A DNA stretch of 64,000 nt from an uncultured Streptococcus sp. Its GTDB lineage: Bacteria; Bacillota; Bacilli; Lactobacillales; Streptococcaceae. This document shows, in pieces, positions 1-11,382 of this stretch. The stretch is taken from the NCBI GenBank assembly GCA_900755085.1, contig CAAEFF010000183.1, positions 1,755-65,754 of the forward strand, read 5' to 3'. The translations under genes and the position numbers were made by a program. The notes beneath the pieces were generated by a model. It was not told the origin of the DNA. It searched no databases and saw only the letters and a program-made list of their open reading frames with translations. Numbering within the stretch: position 1 is the stretch's first letter; each line of letters starts with the position of its first letter.

Positions 1-255
1 CGAAACGATATGAGCTCCGTCTACTGCTAACTTTTCATAAATTTCCGCAAAAACTCCAACGGGTGGTTGGCTGGTCTTTGGAAGATTTTTGCTAGACTGC
101 ATTAAGCGCAAGAAGTCCCCTTCACCCAACTCACTGTCAGAATAAAGGACTCCATCCACCATAACAGAAAGCGGCACAATCGTAATGCCATATTCTTCAA
201 CCACTTCAGGCTCAATTGTAATAGATGAGTCTGTAACTATTTTAATATTTGCCAT
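1..255 (-). CDS. DegV family fatty-acid-binding protein (5' part, runs off window)
   Basis: Manual translation from ATG at 255: [31 protein letters not shown]...[15 protein letters not shown] and PKTSQP are DegV motifs. Not in the ORF track. Confidence 0.9.
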   Translation of the reverse strand, partial: MANIKIVTDSSITIEPEVVEEYGITIVPLSVMVDGVLYSDSELGEGDFLRLMQSSKNLPKTSQPPVGVFAEIYEKLAVDGAHIVS

Positions 256-343
256 ATATTCCTATACTCTTCCTAGAATGTTCTGCTCTCATTATATCAA
301 AAAACACGGGTTTTTGCAGTGAAAGATAACTAGTTCGGCTCCC

Positions 344-1072
344 TTAATCATCTGCAGCAGAAAAACCTGTATTGTGAAGGACATGGTCTTGGACAATTCC
401 TTGATCATCCAAGAGCAACCCATGGAGAACCCCTCCATAAACAGCGCCCCCATCGACACCCATTTTTTGATCTGAAATCCAAAGATTTTCGGTACCGACT
501 GGCTCATTGAGCAGTCCATAGACCGGTGTATGACCAAAGACGATCCATTTGCCTGTCTGATTCTCTGCTTCATGGAATGGTTTTCGGATCCAGACTTTTT
601 GGTAATCACTGGTTTCCCGCCAATTTTCAAGGGTTAGATCCACCCCAGCGTGGACGAAGTAATAGGTCTCTGTCTCGTAGTCAAAAGGCAAACTGCGGAT
701 GAAGGCCACCAAGTCAGGAACGGTGCTCTCTACTGCTTGCGCATCTGCAACCCCATCTACAGGAGCATCGATCGGGCGTCCCAATAAAGAATTAATGGTC
801 GTATCGCCACCATTTCTTCTGTAGTGATCATAACGCTCTTCTGGATGGTCCAACCAAGCTAAAAACATGTACTCGTGATTCCCGGAAAGGCAAACAGCTC
901 CGTGATGGTCTACGTAGTCCTTTACGATTTCAATCGATCGTTTGCTGTTTTCGCCTCGATCTATCAAATCCCCTAAAAATACCAATTGAGCTTTTCCATC
1001 CCACTCTGTCATGAGCTCTTCTAGCATTTGTGCTTTTCCGTGAATATCTCCGACTACAAAGTATGTTGACAT
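344..1072 (-). CDS. Calcineurin-like metallophosphoesterase (Ser/Thr phosphatase family)
   Basis: GDIHG, GDLIDRG, GNHE and GHTP motifs. Confidence 0.9.
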   Translation of the reverse strand: MSTYFVVGDIHGKAQMLEELMTEWDGKAQLVFLGDLIDRGENSKRSIEIVKDYVDHHGAVCLSGNHEYMFLAWLDHPEERYDHYRRNGGDTTINSLLGRPIDAPVDGVADAQAVESTVPDLVAFIRSLPFDYETETYYFVHAGVDLTLENWRETSDYQKVWIRKPFHEAENQTGKWIVFGHTPVYGLLNEPVGTENLWISDQKMGVDGGAVYGGVLHGLLLDDQGIVQDHVLHNTGFSAADD

Positions 1073-1092
1073 TGTTTCAAACCCTCTTTCTC

Positions 1093-2751
1093 TTAACGCT
1101 TGAGAAGTTGCTCTGCCTGTTGGCGGGCAGCTTCCGTTAGATCCTCTCCTGCAAGCATCTTGGCAATTTCTTCGATTCGTTCTTCTCTATTGAGCAGACG
1201 TACTGTGGATACGGTTGAGTGTTCATCACTAATTTTCTCAATATAGAATTGATAATCCGCTGCCGCAATGACCTGAGGCAGGTGAGAAATAGCAAGCACC
1301 TGCCCATTCTGGCCGATTTTGTGAATCTTCGCTGCGATGGCTTGGGCCACGCGCCCAGAAACTCCTGTGTCCACCTCATCAAAGACGATACTGGTTTTTC
1401 CTTCTTTTCGAGAAAAAGCAGACTTAATGGCCAACATCAATCGTGACAATTCTCCGCCGGATGCTACCTTGACCAGCGGTTTAAAGTCCTCACCTGGGTT
1501 GGTCGAAATATAAAATTCGACAGCTTCATTTCCTTCACGATTAAACTTAGCTTTGCTAAAGCGTACTTGGAAGCGCGCCTTGTCCATATAGAGATCTGCT
1601 AATTCTTGCTGGATTTCATTTTCCAAAGCTTGGGCCAAGGCATGCCGCTGATCACTCAAATCCTGAGCCAAGGTAACCAAACTCTTTTCCAAACGTTTGA
1701 GTTCTTTTTCCAAGTCCTCAGACGAAAGATTGCTCCCCGTGAGGAGTCTATATTCTTTCGTGATTTGCGCCAGGTATTCCAAGACGTCCTTGACTTGGCC
1801 ACCATACTTGCGCGTGATCGAGTGGATCAAATCCAAACGCGATTCCACCTGCATGAGGCGATTGCCATCAAACTCCAGACCATCAACCACATCTTCCAAG
1901 CGTTTGGTAATGTCTTCCAGTGCATAGAAGGTTTCCGCCAACTGGCCTGAGAGCTCTTTGTAGATTGGATCATATTCTTCGATACTTTCCAGATCATTCA
2001 TGGCCGAACGAACATTGGTGAGGCTAGAGAAATCTTCTGCATCCAGCATGGTATAGGCATTGGTGAGGGTATCAGCAATCATCTTGTGATTAAGTAATCG
2101 TTGGCGTTCTTGCTCCAGACGCGTATCCTCATCCACTTCCAAGGCAACTGCCTCAATCTCTGCAATTTGAAACTCAAGCATTTCAATCCGAGACTTATTT
2201 TCTAGCTGGTTGCGTTGGAGTTCCACCACTTGTCTGCGCAGGTGTTTGTAGTCTTCAAAAGTCTGACAGTAAGCGGCTTTGGTTTGGAAAAAGGCTGCAT
2301 CCCCAAATTCATCCAGCATGGCGATATGCAATTGGGGCCGCATGAGTTCTTCCTGATCATGCTGGCCATGGATATCCACCAAATGTTGGCCGACCGCCTT
2401 TAAGACAGACAAGTTCACCATTTGACCGTTGATCCGACTGACACTCCGGCCATTTTGCAAGATCTCACGGCGAATGATCAACTCATCGGTCCACTCTAGC
2501 CCCTGCTCTTCAAAAAGAGCTGTCAAATGACGATTGCTCTCCACGGTGAAAAGACCTTCGATCTCCGCTTTTGGGGCTCCATGTCGAATGACATCCGTCG
2601 TTGCACGGCTTCCCAGCATCATGTTCATGGCGTCGATAATGATGGATTTCCCTGCACCTGTTTCCCCTGTCAGTACCGTCATTCCCTTCTCAAAATTTAA
2701 GGAAATCTCTTCGATAATGGCAAAGTTCTTAATCGAAATTTCTAATAGCAT
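1093..2751 (-). CDS. recN: DNA repair protein RecN
   Basis: Walker A GETGAGKS, long coiled coil, SGGE signature, FDEVD Walker B; follows argR. Confidence 0.97.
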   Translation of the reverse strand: MLLEISIKNFAIIEEISLNFEKGMTVLTGETGAGKSIIIDAMNMMLGSRATTDVIRHGAPKAEIEGLFTVESNRHLTALFEEQGLEWTDELIIRREILQNGRSVSRINGQMVNLSVLKAVGQHLVDIHGQHDQEELMRPQLHIAMLDEFGDAAFFQTKAAYCQTFEDYKHLRRQVVELQRNQLENKSRIEMLEFQIAEIEAVALEVDEDTRLEQERQRLLNHKMIADTLTNAYTMLDAEDFSSLTNVRSAMNDLESIEEYDPIYKELSGQLAETFYALEDITKRLEDVVDGLEFDGNRLMQVESRLDLIHSITRKYGGQVKDVLEYLAQITKEYRLLTGSNLSSEDLEKELKRLEKSLVTLAQDLSDQRHALAQALENEIQQELADLYMDKARFQVRFSKAKFNREGNEAVEFYISTNPGEDFKPLVKVASGGELSRLMLAIKSAFSRKEGKTSIVFDEVDTGVSGRVAQAIAAKIHKIGQNGQVLAISHLPQVIAAADYQFYIEKISDEHSTVSTVRLLNREERIEEIAKMLAGEDLTEAARQQAEQLLKR

Positions 2752-2757
2752 AGGCTC

Positions 2758-3192
2758 TTACCACCCAAAGATTGATTTGAGGATATTCTCTGCTTCTGGA
2801 GCGGAATAGGCGATCAACAAGATCGTATCATCATCTGCAACAATACTAAAGATATGGTTTTTGTAGATATCTCGCAAGCGACGTTTGACTAAGGGAGCTG
2901 TCCCTGGCACCATGGTGAAATTGACATACTCTCCCATACGGCGATGAGACAAGATATTGCTTTCAATCATCCCGATCCCTTGGTGGTGCTTACGTGGCAA
3001 TTCATAGACATAGGTCATGTCTTTCAGAGGGCGTTTTACGATGCCCAATTCTTTGATATCCCGTGATACCGTCGCTTGGGTTGCTGAGATGCCCTCTTCT
3101 TTCAAATGTTCAACGATCTCTTCTTGAGTCCCCACTTCATGATCACGAATGAAGCGGCGAATTTTTTCTAATCTGATATTCTTACTCTTCAT
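2758..3192 (-). CDS. argR: Arginine repressor family regulator (ArgR/AhrC)
   Basis: TQEEIV...TQATVSRDIKEL winged-helix motif; tlyA-argR-recN synteny. Confidence 0.9.
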   Translation of the reverse strand: MKSKNIRLEKIRRFIRDHEVGTQEEIVEHLKEEGISATQATVSRDIKELGIVKRPLKDMTYVYELPRKHHQGIGMIESNILSHRRMGEYVNFTMVPGTAPLVKRRLRDIYKNHIFSIVADDDTILLIAYSAPEAENILKSIFGW

Positions 3193-4000
3193 GTTTAAAT
3201 TCCTTGTGTGCCAGCTCCACTACAGCCTCAAGCTGCTCTGTAGTTGGCTTTGTTTCCTCTTCTTTTTTTTCTAGATACATCAAAAATTCGATGTTGCCAT
3301 GGCCTCCTTGGATAGGAGAATAATCCACCCCCATTACAGAAAAGCCATGTGTTCCTGCAAATGCAGCGACCTTTTCAAGGACCGCTAAATGAATCTTAGA
3401 ATCCTTAATGATCCCATTTTTCCCGATCTGTTCGCGTCCTGCCTCAAACTGAGGTTTCACCAAGGCCACGACTTGTCCATTTTCTGCCAAAATCCGGTGA
3501 AGGGCTGGCAAAATCAAGTCTAGGGATATAAAGCTGACATCGATACTCGCAAAGCTCGGTGTCGCTTCAAAATCATCTGGCTTAGCATAGCGGAAATTGA
3601 ACTGTTCCATTGAGACCACGCGCGGGTCATTGCGCAATTTCCAGGCCAACTGATTGGTCCCGACATCCACCGAAAAGACCTGGCTGGCTCCATTTTGCAG
3701 CATGACATCTGTAAAGCCACCCGTAGAAGCTCCAATATCAATGGCAATTTTATCCTCTACAGTTAAGCCAAATTGGTTCAAGGCTTTTTCTAATTTGAGT
3801 CCGCCGCGGCTGACATACTTGAGCTTTTCACCCTTTAATTTCAACTCGGTCGCTTCATCAATTTTTTCACCCGGTTTATCGAAGCGCTCCCCATTGATAA
3901 CGGCAACAACAAGGCCTGCCATCACCCCTCTTTTGGCTTGTTCGCGGGTATCAAATAGGCCTTGTTTATAGGCTAATACATCCACTCTTTCCTTAGCCAT
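3182..4000 (-). CDS. tlyA: TlyA family RNA methyltransferase
   Basis: S4-like N-terminus, YVSRGGLKL, DIGASTGGFTD, LVKPQFE. Confidence 0.95.
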   Translation of the reverse strand: MAKERVDVLAYKQGLFDTREQAKRGVMAGLVVAVINGERFDKPGEKIDEATELKLKGEKLKYVSRGGLKLEKALNQFGLTVEDKIAIDIGASTGGFTDVMLQNGASQVFSVDVGTNQLAWKLRNDPRVVSMEQFNFRYAKPDDFEATPSFASIDVSFISLDLILPALHRILAENGQVVALVKPQFEAGREQIGKNGIIKDSKIHLAVLEKVAAFAGTHGFSVMGVDYSPIQGGHGNIEFLMYLEKKEEETKPTTEQLEAVVELAHKEFKHEE

Positions 4001-4868
4001 CTATTCGTAATCCTTCTATTAATTTCTTGATTGCTTGCGGGTCAAAGTCGCAAGCAGCTGTAATCTGATCCAACAAGTCTTCGCAAGCATCTAATTCACT
4101 TGTAAGCAAAGCCTTTGATTCTTCCAATCCCAACAGGGCTGGATAGGTCGATTTTTCAGCTACTAGGTCCTTTTGAGGGGTCTTGCCCAGAGCTTCAAAA
4201 TCAGCGACCAAATCCAAAATATCATCCCGTACTTGAAAAGCCAGGCCTAATTTTTTCCCGATTTTTTCTAAAAGCTGACCAATGTCTGCTGGCAACTCTA
4301 AAATCGAGGTTGCTGCGATGAATGGATAGGCAAGGAGGCGTCCTGTCTTATTAGCATGGATGGTCTGCAATTCTGCCAGGGTGAGCTGTTTGTGCTCCCC
4401 TTCCATATCCAGGACTTGGCCAGCTACCATTCCACGACTACCGGAAGCATCTGATAACTCAAGGATCAAAGAGACCTTGACCGTATCTGGAAGGGCACTC
4501 GCAGCAATCATTCCAAAGGGATCGAGAAAAAGCGCATCTCCTGCTAAAATCGCCAAGTCTTCTCCAAATTTCTTGTGGTTGGTCAATTGCCCCCGACGGT
4601 AATCGTCATTGTCCATGGCCGGTAGATCATCATGAATGAGGCTGCCAGTATGAATCATCTCCAGAGCTCCTGCCGTTTGAAAATGGGCATCAGTCAAATC
4701 CTGACCAAAAGCTTCTAACAATTCTAGAAGAAGCAAGGGGCGCAGGCGTTTTCCACCGGCCTGGATCGAATAGAGGACTGAGTCCACTAAATGGGGCGCG
4801 ACCGTTTTTTCCTCATAAAAAGAGTGAATGGCTTTTTCTACTCTGTTTCGTTTTTCTTCTTGTCTCAT
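3993..4868 (-). CDS. ispA: Farnesyl diphosphate synthase / geranyltranstransferase
   Basis: [31 protein letters not shown]. Confidence 0.95.
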   Translation of the reverse strand: MRQEEKRNRVEKAIHSFYEEKTVAPHLVDSVLYSIQAGGKRLRPLLLLELLEAFGQDLTDAHFQTAGALEMIHTGSLIHDDLPAMDNDDYRRGQLTNHKKFGEDLAILAGDALFLDPFGMIAASALPDTVKVSLILELSDASGSRGMVAGQVLDMEGEHKQLTLAELQTIHANKTGRLLAYPFIAATSILELPADIGQLLEKIGKKLGLAFQVRDDILDLVADFEALGKTPQKDLVAEKSTYPALLGLEESKALLTSELDACEDLLDQITAACDFDPQAIKKLIEGLRIDG

Positions 4869-5077
4869 GCCAGATCCGCTTCAGTGCCGTCTGCTTGCAT
4901 GACTTTGACCAAGGTTTTCTCTGCTTGATCCAAGGTATCTTGCAATGCTTTCGACAACTTCATTCCTTTTTGAAATTCTGTAAGGGCCTCTTCTAGAGCC
5001 ACATCACCACTTTCCAATTTTTGGACGATGGCTTCCAAATCTGCTAAATTTTCTTCAAATTTCTTTTCTTTCGACAT
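4865..5077 (-). CDS. xseB: Exodeoxyribonuclease VII small subunit
   Basis: [26 protein letters not shown]; overlaps xseA end. Confidence 0.95.
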   Translation of the reverse strand: MSKEKKFEENLADLEAIVQKLESGDVALEEALTEFQKGMKLSKALQDTLDQAEKTLVKVMQADGTEADLA

Positions 5078-6395
5078 GTTTTACCTCTACTTCTAACTGA
5101 CCATCTCTCATGATGAGGGACAGCGGGTCTCCTTCTTTTACTTTTACCACCGAATCCAATACTCGATCATCTTCCTTGACCATGGCATAGCCACGCGCAA
5201 TAATCCGGCTGGTATCCAGCATCAAGAGAGCCTCTGATAAGCTTTGTACCTTGACTTTTTGCTCTTTTAAGATTTGTTCCATTCGGTTGGTTAAGATGCG
5301 CTTATCTTGGAGAACACGATCCTGATAGCGCTCGATACGATGCAGGGGAGCAGTTGCTTCTAAACGATGACGCAGAGCTTGCAGCTGATTGTCCCCTTGT
5401 CCATAAACTTCGCGCATCCCTTGTTTCAATCGCAATTGCAACTGGTCAATCTTTTGCAGGTAGCCATCATAGAGTCTCTCGTGCTGTCTAAAAATAACCG
5501 ATTGACTTAATTTGGCCAACCGTTCACGATTATATGCCAAACGATTGGACATGGCTGTTGCCATGCGATTCTCCTGCTTTTGTAAATGCGACAAGAGATC
5601 TAATTTCGTCACCGGAGTGGCTAATTCAGCTGCTGCTGTCGGAGTAGCGGCTCGCCGGTCCGCTACAAAATCGGCTAGAGTCGTGTCTGTCTCATGCCCC
5701 ACACTGGAAATAATGGGAATTCTAGACTCAAAAATAGCCCGCACAACCGGCTCTTCATTAAAGGCCCAGAGGTCTTCAATCGAACCACCCCCACGACCAA
5801 TGATCAAGACATCTAGGTCCGTCCGAGCATTAGCCTTCTGGATATTAGCAACCACCTCACTGGAGGCACCTTCTCCTTGAACCTTTGTCGGGTAGAGCAC
5901 AATGTCCACACCAGGAAAACGACGGCTCACCGTTGTGATAATATCGCGAATCACGGCCCCACTTTGACTAGTGACCACCCCGATCTTTCTCGGGAATTGT
6001 GGTAGAGCTTGTTTCCACCGATCCTGAAAAAGCCCTTCTTCGGTCAGCTTTTTCTTGAGTTGCTCAAACTGGATGGCCAAGGCCCCCACTCCATCTGGCT
6101 CCGCCTTTTCGATGACAATGGAATAACTCCCACTTGGCTCATAGAGTTGGATCCGACCAATGACGTTGATTTTCATGCCTTCTTCTAACTCAAAGCCAAA
6201 ACTCTTATAGATCCCAGCCCAAACAGTCGCCTGAATCACAGCCTTTTCATCCTTTAGAGAGAAATACTGGTGATTGGGACGCTTCCGAAAATTCGAGACC
6301 TGGCCTGTCAAATAGACCCGCTCCAGATAGGGGTCCTTATCAAATTTTAATTTCAAATATTTGGTCAAACTTGATACGGATAAATAGTTGGACAT
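5055..6395 (-). CDS. xseA: Exodeoxyribonuclease VII large subunit
   Basis: OB-fold N-terminus, [27 protein letters not shown]. Confidence 0.97.
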   Translation of the reverse strand: MSNYLSVSSLTKYLKLKFDKDPYLERVYLTGQVSNFRKRPNHQYFSLKDEKAVIQATVWAGIYKSFGFELEEGMKINVIGRIQLYEPSGSYSIVIEKAEPDGVGALAIQFEQLKKKLTEEGLFQDRWKQALPQFPRKIGVVTSQSGAVIRDIITTVSRRFPGVDIVLYPTKVQGEGASSEVVANIQKANARTDLDVLIIGRGGGSIEDLWAFNEEPVVRAIFESRIPIISSVGHETDTTLADFVADRRAATPTAAAELATPVTKLDLLSHLQKQENRMATAMSNRLAYNRERLAKLSQSVIFRQHERLYDGYLQKIDQLQLRLKQGMREVYGQGDNQLQALRHRLEATAPLHRIERYQDRVLQDKRILTNRMEQILKEQKVKVQSLSEALLMLDTSRIIARGYAMVKEDDRVLDSVVKVKEGDPLSLIMRDGQLEVEVKHVERKEI

Positions 6396-6702
6396 AGGAA
6401 CTCCTTTCTGCGGAATATGATCAAGTTTAATTATACCAAAAAACGCTAAAAAAGGCTGGCAGACAAAGCGAAATCATGAATTTCCTTTCTCTCCAAGCCT
6501 CATTTTATTCAGATCACTTTCTACTGGTCTATTTTAAACCAGCTTCCTTATTTTTCATACCTCTCTAATCGTTCAATAAAGGAGCTAAGAAGTGCTTGGG
6601 GTTCCCCTTCATTTGGATATTCTAGATAGAGAGTCGGAATTTCCATGAGACCATTCCCAAAAATTTTCTTAAATGAAAACAAGAACTATTTAGGATACAA
6701 CA

Positions 6703-6733
6703 AAAAGAGACAAGTCCGGCGACTTGTCTTTTC
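6703..6733 (-). terminator. Intrinsic terminator downstream of the GH32 gene
   Basis: AGACAAGTC-cggc-GACTTGTCT hairpin flanked by A and T tracts. Confidence 0.8.
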
Positions 6734-6756
6734 TTCTTTAGGAGATTTTTATATAC

Positions 6757-8220
6757 CTATTTTTTATATGTTTTTACAACTAAATCGACCCCTTCATCTG
6801 CTTTGAAGGTATAGACAGGGTTCTCAGTCGTTTCATAAAAGGTCATTGATAGAGTTTTACCATCCACGAATACTTCAATTGAGTTGGTATCTCGAAGAAT
6901 CGAGAAATGATGATCCTTTTCACCATCCAACTGAATCCATCTTGATTGAATTTCTGGGCTTTCTTTTCCAGAAATGAGGTGTCCAAATTGGTCTCGACTC
7001 AAGCTAAAGCGTTTATTGGAGGCATCGTAAATCAATTGCAAGGCACTATCAGCATCAGATTCATTCCCATAGCTTAGGATAAAGGAGCGATCTGATTTAG
7101 CACCTATCTCAAACAAGGTTTGTTTTCCTCTAGCTGGGATCGTGATTTGATTGCCCTTCACAATGGTTTCTGGCGCATTCTCTACAAGGAAGTGATCTTT
7201 CACAGACTCAGGTAATTCCTGAACCAATCTTCCGTCTCTCAAACCTAATTTTCTAGGAACCGTCATGCTTCCTGCCCAACCATGACCTAAGTCATGACTA
7301 GGGATGGAACGTTGCCACATTTGCATCCAAGCAACCATGTATCGTTCGCCATTTGGTCCTTGACAAGTTTGAGGAGCATAGAAGTCCAAGCCACCATCAA
7401 TTTCATCATATGAATCGACAACAAACTGACCCGTTTCCCAATTCATGTCACCGATAAAGGCAACAGTCGAATTTAAATTCCAGTATTTTTCTTGCTGTCT
7501 TTCCATTTCAATGGGAGACATAATCAAGACCCATTTACCATCTAAGGGGAAGAAATCCGGACATTCCCACATGATACCTTGCCCTTTTTCACCTTCCAGT
7601 AAGACTGATTTAAAGCTCCAGTCCTCTAGATTACTTGACGCAAACAAGAGAATTTGCCCTCGATCATCTACTGTTTTGGAAGCAACTACAGTATAATAGC
7701 TTCCTTGGTATTCAAAGACTTTGGGATCACGAAAATCAGCAATATCTGCGATACCATCAATATGCTGCACATGAATCACTGGATTAGTTGGGATTTTTTC
7801 AAAGGTAATGCCATCCGTCGATACCGCAAGACACTGAGTTTCTTCGCGCTTTTCCTCATCGTCTACATGACCCGTATACAGTAAGTAGAGCTTGTCGTCT
7901 TTCACGATAGCACTACCCGAGAAGCAGCCATCCTTATCATAGCTTTCACTTGGCGCTAATGCTACTGGCAGTTCTTCCCAATGGAGAAGATCTTTTGATT
8001 TGGCATGCCCCCAATGCATGGGCCCCCAAACACTATCATAGGGATAGAATTGGTAAAACAAATGGTATTCTCCGCGGAAATAAACAAAGCCATTAGGATC
8101 GTTCATCCAGCCAATTGGAGGTAGTAAGTGAAAGGATCCTCTATATTGCTGGTCAACCTTCTCCCTGTTTTCATCGATATACTGATTCGCTTTTCGAATA
8201 GTTTCCTTCATCCTTATCAC
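6757..8220 (-). CDS. GH32 beta-fructofuranosidase / sucrose-6-phosphate hydrolase family, cytoplasmic (ATG at 8211 is an alternative start)
   Basis: WMNDPNG, FRDP and WECP catalytic motifs; no signal peptide. Confidence 0.93.
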   Translation of the reverse strand: MIRMKETIRKANQYIDENREKVDQQYRGSFHLLPPIGWMNDPNGFVYFRGEYHLFYQFYPYDSVWGPMHWGHAKSKDLLHWEELPVALAPSESYDKDGCFSGSAIVKDDKLYLLYTGHVDDEEKREETQCLAVSTDGITFEKIPTNPVIHVQHIDGIADIADFRDPKVFEYQGSYYTVVASKTVDDRGQILLFASSNLEDWSFKSVLLEGEKGQGIMWECPDFFPLDGKWVLIMSPIEMERQQEKYWNLNSTVAFIGDMNWETGQFVVDSYDEIDGGLDFYAPQTCQGPNGERYMVAWMQMWQRSIPSHDLGHGWAGSMTVPRKLGLRDGRLVQELPESVKDHFLVENAPETIVKGNQITIPARGKQTLFEIGAKSDRSFILSYGNESDADSALQLIYDASNKRFSLSRDQFGHLISGKESPEIQSRWIQLDGEKDHHFSILRDTNSIEVFVDGKTLSMTFYETTENPVYTFKADEGVDLVVKTYKK

Positions 8221-9066
8221 CTACTTAATACCTGTTCCAGACCCACCTAAACCTTGAATAATATATTTTTGTGCTACGATATATACTAGAATAAGTGGAA
8301 TTGTAGAAATTGTCAAAACAGCCATCACTTGATTAATATAAACTGGTTGAGTTGTATTAATGGTTGTAATCGCTACCTGCATTGAAAATTTTGAAGAATC
8401 TGTTAAAACCATCAACGGCCAGATATAATCATTCCAACTAGAAATAAAGGAAAGAACACCGACTGTGGCAACTGCTGGTTTCGACATCGGCAACATAATC
8501 TTGAAAAAGATCCGCAGGATACTTGCACCATCTATTTTTGCAGATTCGATAATTTCTTCTGGAATGGCAATAAAGAAGTTTCGGAAAAGATAGATATTAA
8601 AGACACTAGCTAATCCAGGAATAATAACCGCTAAACGATTATTGACTAAGCCAAGGGAATTAATAATTGTAAATTGAGGAATCAACACTGTTTCAATCGG
8701 AATGATTAACAATGCCAATAAAAAGCCAAATAGAATTTTTTTACCTGTAAAATTAATTTTTGCAAATGCAAATCCCGCTAAGGCATTTACTATAATAGAC
8801 CCCAGTGCAAATGTTCCTGCATATAAAATACTGTTCCCTAAGTATGTTAGAATACTAAAACGTGAAAGAACTTCTTGGTAAGGTTTAAACCAATCAGCTG
8901 GATTAAAACTAGGTAAGAAAGCTTTCCAACTTGTTAAATTCTTATACACATCTGCTTCTGGCTTCATTGCTGAAACTACCATCCAGATCATAGGAAATAG
9001 AAAGAGGCCTGCTAATAGAATTAATAAAACATATTCTAAAATAGTAGTCGGTTTTAAACGTTTCAT
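8221..9066 (-). CDS. Carbohydrate ABC transporter permease (MalG-like)
   Basis: Several TM segments; EAA loop IPEEIIESAKIDGAS; WNDYIWP. Confidence 0.92.
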   Translation of the reverse strand: MKRLKPTTILEYVLLILLAGLFLFPMIWMVVSAMKPEADVYKNLTSWKAFLPSFNPADWFKPYQEVLSRFSILTYLGNSILYAGTFALGSIIVNALAGFAFAKINFTGKKILFGFLLALLIIPIETVLIPQFTIINSLGLVNNRLAVIIPGLASVFNIYLFRNFFIAIPEEIIESAKIDGASILRIFFKIMLPMSKPAVATVGVLSFISSWNDYIWPLMVLTDSSKFSMQVAITTINTTQPVYINQVMAVLTISTIPLILVYIVAQKYIIQGLGGSGTGIK

Positions 9067-9067
9067 C

Positions 9068-9970
9068 CTAATCATCCTCCTTCAAAATTCGCCGTTGTAC
9101 AAGACTAATCATACCAATCAATGTTGTAAATACTAGGGCAATTGAACTTGAGTAGCCAACGAGACGGTCAGTGAAACCTTGTTGATAAATATAATATACC
9201 ATAGTGATTGTTGAGTTCAATGGACCACCTTGAGTCATGACCATTGGTTGTACAATCAATTTAAATGCTGAAATCAATGTCGTCAAGAGTACAAATAAGG
9301 CAGTTGGTTTCAATAAAGGCATTGTGATGTATCTGAATTGAGCCCATTTTGAAAATCCATCCAACTCTGCTGCCTCATAAATATCTTGTGGAATATTTTG
9401 CATTCCTCCAAGGAATAACAACATTTGATAGCCTGCACCTTGCCATGCAGAAACAAATACAATTGCATACATGGCCTGTTTTGGACTTGTCAAGAATGGT
9501 TGTGAAGAAATACCAATTTTATTCAGTAGGGCATTGAGCAAACCATTATTTGGATTTAACAAGTATAGCCAAAGGATTGAGATAACCACGAGAGACATCA
9601 CAACAGGAGCAAAGAATGCTACCTTAAAGAACATGTTTCCTTTACGTTTCTTATTTACGATTAAAGCCATACCAAGGGCTGCCCCAAGTTGTACTGGAAT
9701 AATCCAAACAACAAATTTCAAGGTATTCAAGAAGCTTTTTATAAAGATCGGATCTTGTGCTAAGCGCATGAAATTTTGTAGCCCTACAAATTTTCTGTCC
9801 TCTGGGGTCAATAGGTAATAATCTGTAAAGGCATAATAAATAACCATACCAACAGGTATCACCAAAAAGATAAAAAGTAATACTAAGGCTGGAGCTAAAA
9901 AGCTATAGCCCATAATATTTTCTTTAAGACGTTCTTTCTTTTTTGTTTCGACTTTCTTTGTTTCGCTCAT
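9068..9970 (-). CDS. Carbohydrate ABC transporter permease (MalF-like)
   Basis: FVGLQNF; EAA loop IYEAAELDG; TM segments. Confidence 0.92.
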   Translation of the reverse strand: MSETKKVETKKKERLKENIMGYSFLAPALVLLFIFLVIPVGMVIYYAFTDYYLLTPEDRKFVGLQNFMRLAQDPIFIKSFLNTLKFVVWIIPVQLGAALGMALIVNKKRKGNMFFKVAFFAPVVMSLVVISILWLYLLNPNNGLLNALLNKIGISSQPFLTSPKQAMYAIVFVSAWQGAGYQMLLFLGGMQNIPQDIYEAAELDGFSKWAQFRYITMPLLKPTALFVLLTTLISAFKLIVQPMVMTQGGPLNSTITMVYYIYQQGFTDRLVGYSSSIALVFTTLIGMISLVQRRILKEDD

Positions 9971-10005
9971 TGTTCGTCTCCTAAGATGAAATCATTAAAT
10001 AAAAT

Positions 10006-10043
10006 AAGGTGGAAGGTACATTTCATAACTTTCCTTCCACCTT
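10006..10043 (-). other. Intercistronic stem-loop between binding-protein and permease genes
   Basis: AAGGTGGAAGG (10006-10016) / CCTTCCACCTT (10033-10043) 11-bp inverted repeat. Confidence 0.7.
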
Positions 10044-10054
10044 TTGAATATCAA

Positions 10055-11368
10055 CTATTTATTTAAAGATTGGTCGATTGCTGTTTGCATTTCTTTCGTA
10101 CGAGCATCTAATACTTTTTGTACATCTGGATTATCTTTATAATAGCTGATATCTTGCATCGCTTGTTGGAAAGCGCGTGAAACTTGTGGATAAGCTACTA
10201 CAACAGGACGAGGACGGGCTGATACAGCATTTTGTTCCATCAAGAAGCGCAATGGTTCAGATACTTTATCCTTAATATTTTTAATTGTTGATTTTCTGAT
10301 TGGAAGAACACTGTTCCCCAAGCTTATAATTTCACTAGATTCTGTATTTGTTGCAAACTTAACAAATTCAGCAGCAGCTTCTTTTTTATCAGATTTTGTT
10401 GTAACAGCTAATTGCCAACTACCTGAAGGTGAGACCAATTTCTTCGTTTTATCTGAAACTGGATAAGGAAGAATACCAAAATCAATATCTTTGTAATTTG
10501 TTTGTAGATCCCCAATCGTCCAAGACCCGCTTAGAACCATCGGATACTCACCTGTTTCAAATCCTTTTTCAACAGGACTAACTGTAGTGTAATCCTCTTT
10601 TACTAGATTTTGAATAAATTGAACAGCTTCAACACTTTCCTTACTATTGAAGTAACCTTCAGCTTTTGTTCCTTTAGAATTTACAACAGAACCACCATTT
10701 GACCAAATAAGAGGCATATAAGCATATGGTAACATCTCATCATTTGAATTCAAACGGAAATCTATTGCTGGTTTATTAAAATGATCTTTTAATTTCTTAG
10801 CAATAGCATTAAACTCAGACCATGTCCATGGTTTTTCAAGGGTTGGCAAACTCGCTTCATCAATCCCAGCTTCCTTAAACATCTTCTTGTTATAGTATAC
10901 ACCTACATTTGATTCAGAAAAACCAAACGCATAGAATTTACCATCATAAGTTCCCTGTTGTTTAATACTGTCCAGTACATCATCCATGTCATTGTCCTTT
11001 AGATAATCATCCAAGGGAGCAATCACTTTTGATTTTGCATAGGCAGCAGTATTTGGTCCATCTAGCGTAATAACATCTGGTAAACTATTTGTCGTAACAG
11101 CAGCGTTGACCTTATCTTCATATCCTCCACCGCTACCACTACGTGGAATATATTCTGTCACAACCTTGTATTTGGTTTTCTTTGACTTGTTGAAATTATC
11201 AACAACTTGTTGCCAAGCTTTTCCCTCAGCTGTTTCATCTGAGAATTGAACCCAGACTTTTATTTCATCCGAAGAACTTGCAGTTTTGGATTTTGATCCC
11301 CCACCACATCCTGCAAGCAATCCTAATGATAGTGCTGCAACTACAGATAACTTAATACCTTTACGCAT
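10055..11368 (-). CDS. Sugar ABC transporter substrate-binding lipoprotein
   Basis: Start MRKGIK at 11368 has an AAGGAGG RBS; lipobox LAGC; family 1 solute-binding features. Confidence 0.92.
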   Translation of the reverse strand: MRKGIKLSVVAALSLGLLAGCGGGSKSKTASSSDEIKVWVQFSDETAEGKAWQQVVDNFNKSKKTKYKVVTEYIPRSGSGGGYEDKVNAAVTTNSLPDVITLDGPNTAAYAKSKVIAPLDDYLKDNDMDDVLDSIKQQGTYDGKFYAFGFSESNVGVYYNKKMFKEAGIDEASLPTLEKPWTWSEFNAIAKKLKDHFNKPAIDFRLNSNDEMLPYAYMPLIWSNGGSVVNSKGTKAEGYFNSKESVEAVQFIQNLVKEDYTTVSPVEKGFETGEYPMVLSGSWTIGDLQTNYKDIDFGILPYPVSDKTKKLVSPSGSWQLAVTTKSDKKEAAAEFVKFATNTESSEIISLGNSVLPIRKSTIKNIKDKVSEPLRFLMEQNAVSARPRPVVVAYPQVSRAFQQAMQDISYYKDNPDVQKVLDARTKEMQTAIDQSLNK

Positions 11369-11382
11369 AGCGTCCTCCTTTT

